A stretch of DNA of 64,000 bases, taken from Planctomycetota bacterium. Lineage in GTDB: Bacteria > Planctomycetota > B15-G4 > SIAN01. The notes under the pieces are model-generated. The model had not been told where the DNA came from. It did not search any database and worked only from the letters and a program-made list of their open reading frames with translations. How positions within the stretch are numbered: position 1 is the first letter of the stretch; each line of letters opens with the position of its first letter. A program made the position numbers and the translations under genes. The DNA is taken from positions 128,001 to 192,000 of the forward strand of contig JANNXA010000051.1 in the NCBI GenBank assembly GCA_031409275.1, in the 5' to 3' direction. Below are positions 52,279 through 64,000 of the stretch, in pieces.

Positions 52279-53583
52279 TCAGCTGCGCGACGGGTGATCG
52301 TCGGGACGGTAGTCCGAGGCCTCGACCACGAATCGTCGAAGCTGCCCCGCCAGACGCGCCGAAACGCGAGCCTTGATCCACACGGCGGAGGCGTCGTAGC
52401 GCAACTCCTCGATGTCCGCGCCCGCGCGCAACGCTGCGATCGACGCGCCCGCATCGTGAGGCAGTCGCAAATGCAGTTCACGATCCCCCGCGGTCGCCTC
52501 GGCCGCAACAAGACGTCGCAGCGAGTCAAGTCCGGCGCCGCTCCGAGCGGAAACGAGCAGTGCCGCGGTTCCAAAGCGAGCGAGGATGGCCGGATCGCCC
52601 ACGGCGTCGACCTTGTTCACGACGAGGCGCCGTGGACGATCGGCTGCACCGACCTGCGCAAGAACCTGCTCGACGGCGCTGACCAACAGATGCGAATCGG
52701 CTCGCGATCCATCCACGACGTGGAGCAGCAAGTCCGCCTCGAGCGCCTCCTGGAGCGTGGCATGAAATGAGGCGATCAGATGATGCGGCAGCTCGCGAAC
52801 GAACCCTACCGTGTCAGAAAGCAGCACGGTGCATCCAGCCGCAGGGCGCCACACGCTGGTCTTGGTGTCGAGCGTCGTGAATGGCCGGTTCTCGGCGATC
52901 TCGTTCGAACGGGTCAGCGTGTTGAACAAGGTCGATTTGCCGGCATTCGTGTAGCCGATCAGCCCGACCGTGAACCGTTCGTTGCGGCCCTCGCGACGAA
53001 GGGCGTGGGATCGCTCGATCTGCGCGATGCGGCGGCGCCGATCGGAGATCTTCTTCTCGATCTCGCGGCGATCGAGTTCGAGCTGCGTCTCGCCTGGGCC
53101 GCGCATGCCGATGCCGCCCTTGTATCGATCAAGATGCGTCCACATCCGCTTGAGCCGGGGCAGCGAGTACTCGAGCTGAGCAAGCTCGACCTGCAACCGC
53201 GCCTGATGCGTGCGCGCACGGAGCGCGAACAGGTCCATGATCAGCTGTGACCGATCGATCACGCGCAAGCCGAGACGCTTCTCGAGGTTGACCCCCTGCG
53301 CAGGCGTCAGATCACAGCCGAAGATGATCAGCTTCGACTGGCTCGATTCCGCGAGCTGACGCAACTCTTCGACTCGCCCGGCACCGAGGCACGTCGCCCG
53401 ATCGGGCTGCCGCCGGTTCTGTCGCAGCTCCGCGACGACCGTGGCCCCCGCCGCATCCGCAAGCGAATGCAGTTCGTCCATGGCATCCTCGGGCTCGATC
53501 GGATCGTCGGGAAGCGAGATGCAGACAATGACGGCTCGCTCGATCTCGACGACGGGACGCGCGCGATCGATGGCACGGCTCAC
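52279..53583 (-). CDS. hflX: GTPase HflX
   Basis: EL..LA..AGA, LTPAQ..NLE, LQVELAQLEY.LPRL, GPGETQLE.DRR, GYTNAGKST, FTTLD, DTVGF, NKVD. Confidence 0.95.
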   Translation of the reverse strand: MSRAIDRARPVVEIERAVIVCISLPDDPIEPEDAMDELHSLADAAGATVVAELRQNRRQPDRATCLGAGRVEELRQLAESSQSKLIIFGCDLTPAQGVNLEKRLGLRVIDRSQLIMDLFALRARTHQARLQVELAQLEYSLPRLKRMWTHLDRYKGGIGMRGPGETQLELDRREIEKKISDRRRRIAQIERSHALRREGRNERFTVGLIGYTNAGKSTLFNTLTRSNEIAENRPFTTLDTKTSVWRPAAGCTVLLSDTVGFVRELPHHLIASFHATLQEALEADLLLHVVDGSRADSHLLVSAVEQVLAQVGAADRPRRLVVNKVDAVGDPAILARFGTAALLVSARSGAGLDSLRRLVAAEATAGDRELHLRLPHDAGASIAALRAGADIEELRYDASAVWIKARVSARLAGQLRRFVVEASDYRPDDHPSRS

Positions 53584-55250
53584 TCACCGAACTCCAGGGG
53601 GAGAGGCTTTGTCGGGTCGACCTCGCCGATCGGCTGACGACTGACCTCGATGTCCCCGGCAGCGCTCCGTTTGAGGGTCAGATCGGCGCGCCAGCGCGGA
53701 TCGTCCCGTTCTGGCAGGTCCGACCGGAAATGCGTGCCGCGGCTCTCGTCTCGCTCGCGAGCGGCACGCGTGATGAGCCTTGCGACGGTGAGAACGTTGC
53801 GCAGTTCCCAGTCGCTCGGCTCAGGACGACCGAATCGATCGGCTCCGTGCTGCCACGCTTCGAGTCGACGCTCCGCCTCCGCGAGATCGAGACCGTTCCG
53901 GACCAGCCCGACCCGCTTCCACATCAGGGACTTGATCGAGTTCGACAGGTCACTGGTCGAGAAATCGCGATCCTCCGTACGCTCTTCCCGCCGTGCGGCC
54001 GAGAACTCGTCGCCGAGATCGACGAGACGCGCCTCTCCAGCGGCAACGCCGCCTGCGTGATCGCCGAGGACGAGGCCCTCGAGCAGTGAGTTCGAAGCCA
54101 GGCGGTTTGCGCCGTGGAGGCCGCTGCACGCGACTTCCCCCACCGCGAACAAATGGCCGATCGTCGTATGGCCGTCTGCGTCGACGGTGGCGCCGCCGAT
54201 CATGTAATGAGCCGCAGGCGTCACCGGAATCAGGTCTCGCGTGATGTCGAGACCAAACGTGAGGCAGACTCGGTGAATTCGGGGAAAGCGCTGGCGCACG
54301 AAAGCTGGCGGCAGATGCCGAAGGTCGAGATAGACGTTCGGATGACGCGTCTTGACCATCTGCTCGAGCACCGCCCGGCTCAAGAAGTCACGAGGAGCGA
54401 GCTCGCCACGCGGATGGATGTCGTGCATGAACGCGACGCCGTTGCAGTCGCGCAGCAGCCCGCCCTCGCCCCGGGCAGCCTCGGAGATGAGCAGTCGTGA
54501 GCTACCGGCGACATAAAGGGTCGTCGGATGGAATTGCATGAACTCCATCCCGCGCACTGCAGCACCGGCGCGAAACAGCATCGCGTGCCCGTCGCCGGTG
54601 GCGATCTCGGGATTCGTCGTCTCACGAAACACCTGGCCGCAGCCGCCGGTCGCGCAGATCAGCGCGCCGGCACGGACGATCGAGAGCTGACCGCCACGGA
54701 ACAGGAGCAACCCGGTGACGCGTCCGTCTCGAAGGATCAGGTCGAGCGCAAAAGCATGCTCGAGGACCGTGATGCGAGGCGTCCGCCGGACCCGATCGAC
54801 CAGAACTCGCTGGATCTCCCGGCCCGTCCCATCCCCCATGGCGTGGACGATGCGTTCGGCGGAGTGTCCTCCCTCGAGCCCGAGGGCAATCCGCCCGTCG
54901 GGCTGGCGATCGAACTGACCGCCCCATTCGATCAGGCGTTCGATCGCGCGCGGCCCGCCCTCAACTACGCGCCGAACGACCACCTCGTGGCATAGCCCCT
55001 GCCCGACCTCAAGAGTGTCTTCACCATGCGCGGCGACGGTGTCACCGTCGCCGAAAACTGCCGCGATGCCGCCCTGCGCGTAGTCTGTGTTCGAGTCCGA
55101 GAGCCAGGACTTCGTCACGAGCAGCACGTCGCTGGTGCGGGCCGCTGAGATCGCGGCAGACAGCCCGGCCACTCCACTCCCGATCACGACCACGGGCGCG
55201 GACTCGGTGGGAACGTTGGAGCGCGGAAGAGCCTCGAGCCATCGCTGCAT
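53580..55250 (-). CDS. nadB: L-aspartate oxidase
   Basis: VIGSGVAGL, AQGGIA, EGGHS..RIVH, TTNP..ATGDG, QFHPT, ELAPRD, PAAHYMIGG, GLHGANRLASNSLLE, ESRGTHFRSD. Confidence 0.93.
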   Translation of the reverse strand: MQRWLEALPRSNVPTESAPVVVIGSGVAGLSAAISAARTSDVLLVTKSWLSDSNTDYAQGGIAAVFGDGDTVAAHGEDTLEVGQGLCHEVVVRRVVEGGPRAIERLIEWGGQFDRQPDGRIALGLEGGHSAERIVHAMGDGTGREIQRVLVDRVRRTPRITVLEHAFALDLILRDGRVTGLLLFRGGQLSIVRAGALICATGGCGQVFRETTNPEIATGDGHAMLFRAGAAVRGMEFMQFHPTTLYVAGSSRLLISEAARGEGGLLRDCNGVAFMHDIHPRGELAPRDFLSRAVLEQMVKTRHPNVYLDLRHLPPAFVRQRFPRIHRVCLTFGLDITRDLIPVTPAAHYMIGGATVDADGHTTIGHLFAVGEVACSGLHGANRLASNSLLEGLVLGDHAGGVAAGEARLVDLGDEFSAARREERTEDRDFSTSDLSNSIKSLMWKRVGLVRNGLDLAEAERRLEAWQHGADRFGRPEPSDWELRNVLTVARLITRAARERDESRGTHFRSDLPERDDPRWRADLTLKRSAAGDIEVSRQPIGEVDPTKPLPLEFGE

Positions 55251-55721
55251 CGCGTATCCCGAAAACGACCCACCGGAAACCAAGAACGCCGTCAAGCCTC
55301 GCCGAAATCGAGGCGTCAATCGACGCGCCACGATACGTCGCAAAGACGCTTCGTGAGCCAAGAGACCGAGCCGGCGTCGCAGCTGCAACGGAGTGCACGG
55401 AGACCGACAACCTAGCGCGCCCCGCGATCCGATCGGAGACGGATCCGCCGAAAGTGCGTGATCCGTGAAAACAGGGCCGACTGACAGTAGTGAACGCAAG
55501 AACGGCGGCGATCGTCGCAATTGCGACCAGACCGGATCGGATTCACCCGAGCCCGACCGAGCTTCACGACTTCCCAAGACGCCGCGCGGTCCGACGCGAA
55601 TCGACAGCGAACGAGCGCGCCTCGACCGGTGAATCCGAAGAACGCCTACTCGAAACTTCGCGGACCGGGAGAGACAAGGAACCGCTCGTCGACGTTGGAT
55701 CGATGTTGGATCGATCGACGC

Positions 55722-55752
55722 GCGAACGGCGGTGCGAACGGCGGTGCGAACG
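55722..55752. repeat. 12-bp tandem repeat (GCGAACGGCGGT x2.6)
   Basis: GCGAACGGCGGT GCGAACGGCGGT GCGAACG; an 11-bp tandem GTTGGATCGAT x2 lies at 55694-55715. Confidence 0.7.
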
Positions 55753-55789
55753 CAGCGCCAGACTGTCTGAATCGAGAACCTGTCGGGAC

Positions 55790-55822
55790 AAAAAAAAACG
55801 CCTGATGCATACGCATCAGGCG
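55790..55822 (-). terminator. Rho-independent terminator of the rrn operon
   Basis: CGCCTGATGC-N4-GCATCAGGCG stem followed by T9 on the minus strand, just after 5S. Confidence 0.9.
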
Positions 55823-55837
55823 CCATAAATCTAGAAA

Positions 55838-55949
55838 GCCCGGCAACAACCTACTTTCTCGGAGTGACCCAATATCATCGGCGCTAGCTGCTTAACTTCC
55901 GTGTTCGAGAAGGGAACGGGTGTATCCAGCCAGCTATGGTCACCGGGCA
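55838..55949 (-). rRNA. rrf: 5S rRNA
   Basis: Minus strand GCCCGGTGACCATAG...CACCCGTTCCC..CTCGAACACGGAAGTTAAG...GAAAGTAGG..GTTGCCGGGC; ends approximate. Confidence 0.95.
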
Positions 55950-56042
55950 TTTTGTGATTTTAGTAAAAACCTAGTAGCACAAGGATCGATGTCCAATTCA
56001 TTGGACCATGACCGCCCCGCATCGCGGGGCGATAGAAAAGCG

Positions 56043-59044
<3,002 letters not shown>

Positions 59045-59162
59045 CACTTTTCTTTAATTTTAGCGCGCTCGAGTTTCGCATTTCATTCATGCGCTTCTTT
59101 CGACAGACAAACTGAGTCTTAGTTTGATACTTGTGCCACTAGGTTTTCAAAGAACGTAAAAA

Positions 59163-59238
59163 TGGTGGAGGCGACAGGATTCGAACCCGCGACCCCCAGC
59201 TTGCAAAGCTGGTGCTCTACCAACTGAGCTACACCCCC
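59163..59238 (-). tRNA. tRNA-Ala(TGC)
   Basis: GGGGGTGTAGCTCAGTTGGTAGAGC...TTGCAA...TTCGAATC...CGCCTCCACCA; G3:U70 pair present. Confidence 0.97.
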
Positions 59239-59305
59239 ATTCGAAGGCGCAAAGCAGGGAGCCGCGGTCGACGATGCCCGGTTGGACGAACCAGGATGCA
59301 CCCGA

Positions 59306-59382
59306 TGGTGCACCCGAGTGGATTCGAACCACTTACCTCGCGCTTATCAGGCGCGTGCTCAAACCAGCTGAGCTACGGGTGC
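59306..59382 (-). tRNA. tRNA-Ile(GAT)
   Basis: GCACCCGTAGCTCAGCTGG...CTGATAA...GGTTCGAATCC.CTCGGGTGCACCA. Confidence 0.96.
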
Positions 59383-59504
59383 GGGCATGCAGACATCTCA
59401 GCAGACAAGCTGCCGAGAAAAAGGACAGAGAGGCCTGACCGATGAGTACTGGTCGACAGTGCTTGCATCGCCGAAGCGATGCAGCCAAGGTGTTACATCC
59501 TTAG

Positions 59505-61051
<1,547 letters not shown>

Positions 61052-61204
61052 TTTCTTTGTGAATTTGATTCTGTATTTAATTCTTGTGAGCCACGCACGA
61101 CCCTGCAAAGGGACCGCGCGTAGCTCGGTCGCGGCACTCTGAGCAAAGCACGAGGCTTCGCACGAGAGTGCGGCATTCAGCACTCAAAGGTCAGGCTTCC
61201 CTGT

Positions 61205-61216
61205 CTGTCAAAGATC
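61205..61216 (-). promoter_or_regulatory. rrn leader boxA-like antitermination element (second copy in the ITS at ~59143-59155)
   Basis: Minus strand GATCTTTGACAG; ITS copy GTTCTTTGAAAAC. Confidence 0.6.
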
Positions 61217-61336
61217 TTGTCGCGGCCGCTTTGGCCGACCACCCCTTTCCCGGGGCGGTTTGCTGAGATCGAGGAGCGCGTGCGTGACACGCGTTGCACC
61301 CGTTAGGGCGCCTCTTCGGTCTTCAGCGGGGCGGAT

Positions 61337-61384
61337 ACTGTAAGCCCCAACGCGCTTCGTTCAAGAGGGTCATTATTTTTTTTT
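61337..61384 (-). promoter_or_regulatory. rrn promoter with UP element
   Basis: Minus strand A9TAAT (UP element)...TTGAAC-N16-TACAGT then GC-rich ATCCGCCCCGC discriminator. Confidence 0.75.
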
Positions 61385-62878
61385 GGCCCTGCGGCGGCGT
61401 CTGATTTTCGGATTCCGAACCATCCGCGTTGCCGGCAGCCGCGCCGGTCGAGCCCGGCCTGCGGACCGGGGCGAGGCTCTCTCCCAGCCCCTCTCTCCCA
61501 GCCCCGAGTTCGAGCGTGGCCCGGCGGGGCTTCTCAACGGCGGCACCCGCCGGTCCCGCCGCTCGCTCGGATGCGCCCGTTCGACTCAGAACCTGGCGCG
61601 CCGACGCGGGAGATCCTCGCTCTAGCTCTGGGCCTGTCTGCTCCACGAGTGGGCGCCCGCCGTACCGAGCCGTTCGATCGATCGCGCTTCGACTCGGTGA
61701 CGCACGCGCGCCCCGCGGCTGCGCTTCGATCGCCCCTTTGCGCGACGGCGGAGCCTCCGTCTGGTGAACGCCGTCGAAGGTGGACTCTTTGGGCGAGTCT
61801 GGTCGCTGCCCGGTCGGGACGGCGGGCCGGGACTCGCGTTCGACGCTTCGAGGTCGACCAACCGCAGCGGAAACCACCCGCGGGCGGCCGACGACGTGTG
61901 ATTCGAAGCGCTGATCCGCACCGCCAGGCTGACGGTCCCGACGCCGACCGCGAGCCGCGCTCTCGTCGCGCAGCGACCGATCGGCTCAGTCGATTTCGAT
62001 CCTGCGGTTCCGCCCCCGAGTGGTTGAGCTGGGTCGCGGGGCGCGTTGGCGGCCGCCCATCCCGCGCCCTCGCCAACTGCTCGCAGCGCCGGCTCCGGGC
62101 GACTCTGAGTCGGTGGAACGCGCCGTCGGCGCTCCCGATCGCGCCTAGGGGCTGAAGTGGTCGTGCCTGCTCCCTTTCCGCTGGCGCGCCCTAGTTTTCT
62201 TTCGAACTGCCGCAGCGCGGCCGTGCCGCCTCCCGGAGAAATCCCCGCGTCGTAGGCTCGTGGGTTTTGATGCGGGGCGTTGGGGAAGTTAGTTGCCCGC
62301 TCTCCGGAGAGTCGTCGAGACGGTCCAACAGGCACCTGCTCGAAGGAGGCCTCCAGTGCCGCGAACGCCTCTCCGGGCGGCGACCTGGGGCCATCGGCGG
62401 CGAATCGAGCGTCTCTTGGCGCGAGGCCTCGAAAGTCGCTGCAGGCCTCCCCACGACCCACGATCACGCCTCGTTCACGATCCCCGCTGAGCCTCGGCCG
62501 CGATGCCGCGCTTCGCAGCGCCGCCGAAGCGAAAGCGAAGTTTCAGCGGCCTTCCGTGCCCTTCGGTCGCGCTTCGATCACGACCGGGATCTTGCTCCGC
62601 GCTCTAGCGGGGGCGGGCCGACGGTCCGCAACAGCGGCCCGCGGACGATGCGCTGCGCCTGAGTCCTGGGTCCCGCCGCGACGCCGCTGTCGATGAAAAC
62701 GAAGCCGGCTGCCCGCAGATGCGAGCAGCCGGCTTGGCCACGCGGAAAAGTCGATCGATTCAGAGCGACGAGTTGAATGCCCGCTGCCTTCGACCGGCTG
62801 CGGCGACCCGTGACTTCGGCGGTGTCGAGCGCCCGCACGCGGTCTCGCGGCGCGACGCGTTCATTCGGCTCGGAGCTC

Positions 62879-63925
62879 TCAGGCGCGAATCGTCACCACC
62901 ACGCCTTCCGAGATCCACTCGAAGAGCTCTTCCACCTCGCGATTGTGCATGCGCACGCAGCCGTTCGAAGACTCGGTGCCGATCGAGTCGTCATCGCGCG
63001 TGCCGTGGATGCCAAACGTCGCCGCTTCCGGAAAGCCTTCCTTTTCCGCGAACCCGAGCCAACGGGTCCCGAGGATGTTCTCCGGGTTTTCGGGCGGCAG
63101 CGGACCAACACCTGGCTTGATCCACATCGGATCAGTCAGGCGAGTCTTGATCTTGAAGTCGCCCTCTGGAGTCTTGTTGTTCTTGCCGAGCCCCACCTGG
63201 AAGCGTCGCAACATCAAGTCGCCGATGAAGACGTCGAGGCGGAACTTCGACTTCTCGACGACGATCGAGACCGGGACGTTCGGGATCTTGAGCTTCGCGC
63301 CGGGGTAGATGTTGTCGCCCGTCAATCCGTTCAGCAGTCGCACCAGGCCCGGAGTGACCGTGACGTGGCCCTCTTTCTCGGCGCGCTTGCAGATGGCCCA
63401 CAAGCTGTCGCCCTTCTTCACTTCGACCCGCATGCAGAGGTCATCGATCCGTGGGTTCAGCAGCCCGCGTTGATTCGCCTCGACAAGGGCCAGGTACGCC
63501 TTCTCGTCAGCGGCACGATCGAGCGCGCCGCTCTTCAACGCGTCCGTGAGCAGGCGCGCCTGCTCGATCGGGTTGTTGCTCTTCGCCGCCTGATCGACGA
63601 GCGAGGCCGCCTTCTGGCGAGCCTCTCCTTCGGCGAGCGTGACCGCGCCGCCGGGTCGGTCTTCGTCTTTCGCTGGCGTCGCGATCGGTGTCACCGACGA
63701 TTCGAGTTCGGCCGCGATCGCCTGTGGCGCGTCGGCTTCGGGGAGTTCGTCGCCATCGACGATCGGCGCGTCCGCAGCGTCGGAAGTCTCGACCTCTTCG
63801 CGACCGGCGTCGTCGACCTTGTTCGCGGTCGGCGACGATGGCGGCTCCGCGTCGCGGCGCCACATCTTCATCGCGCCCGCGGTCCCAACCCCGATCAACA
63901 ACAACGCCACCAGCCACGTCCGCAT
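62879..63925 (-). CDS. L,D-transpeptidase (YkuD) with LysM domain and N-terminal membrane anchor
   Basis: VKKGDSLWAIC (LysM), TPEGDFKI, LGTRWLG, GIHGT...IG..SSNGCVRM (catalytic His/Cys). Confidence 0.92.
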   Translation of the reverse strand: MRTWLVALLLIGVGTAGAMKMWRRDAEPPSSPTANKVDDAGREEVETSDAADAPIVDGDELPEADAPQAIAAELESSVTPIATPAKDEDRPGGAVTLAEGEARQKAASLVDQAAKSNNPIEQARLLTDALKSGALDRAADEKAYLALVEANQRGLLNPRIDDLCMRVEVKKGDSLWAICKRAEKEGHVTVTPGLVRLLNGLTGDNIYPGAKLKIPNVPVSIVVEKSKFRLDVFIGDLMLRRFQVGLGKNNKTPEGDFKIKTRLTDPMWIKPGVGPLPPENPENILGTRWLGFAEKEGFPEAATFGIHGTRDDDSIGTESSNGCVRMHNREVEELFEWISEGVVVTIRA

Positions 63926-64000
63926 GACCGCCCCTCCCTCGCGCTTGTCGCGAATCCCACCCCACCACGGATGAGTCTCGCACTGCCGCCGACCGACGTC

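Noticed and set aside
51777..52574. 265-aa ORF between the NAP-like gene and hflX
   Set aside because: It overlaps hflX out of frame, has no motifs and covers the probable promoter region

Overview
GC-rich chromosomal window from a member of the Planctomycetota. The 16S gene carries the Pla46F signature GGATTAGGCATGCAAGTC and the 5S gene is short (~112 nt). Most of the window is core and envelope genome: membrane glycosyltransferases, queA, ligA, two tandem long-chain acyl-CoA ligases plus a PlsC-type acyltransferase, a MocR/PdxR regulator with pdxS-pdxT, a membrane-anchored ECF sigma factor with a long C-terminal extension, AlaX-like editing protein, ABC exporter, Nudix hydrolase, three minor-pilin-like genes, Leu/Val/Phe dehydrogenase, a dynamin-like GTPase, hflX, nadB, a complete linked rrn operon (16S-tRNAIle-tRNAAla-23S-5S, minus strand) and a LysM L,D-transpeptidase. 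I saw no transposase, integrase, phage gene or CRISPR array. The most notable items are: (1) a 68-aa stand-alone bacterial histone-fold gene with a lysine-rich N-terminal tail (49476-49682), 1.4 kb from a coiled-coil/AT-hook/winged-helix candidate nucleoid protein (51131-51640), together a possible chromatin locus; (2) an operon of two exported paralogous PspA-like coiled-coil proteins plus a substrate-binding/OmpA fusion (31377-34511); (3) a clear three-motif MocR operator upstream of pdxR; (4) a glycosyltransferase that seems to start at ACG; (5) apparently catalytically degenerate secreted enzymes and a candidate structured RNA. All family assignments come from motif recognition by eye; no database searches were run.
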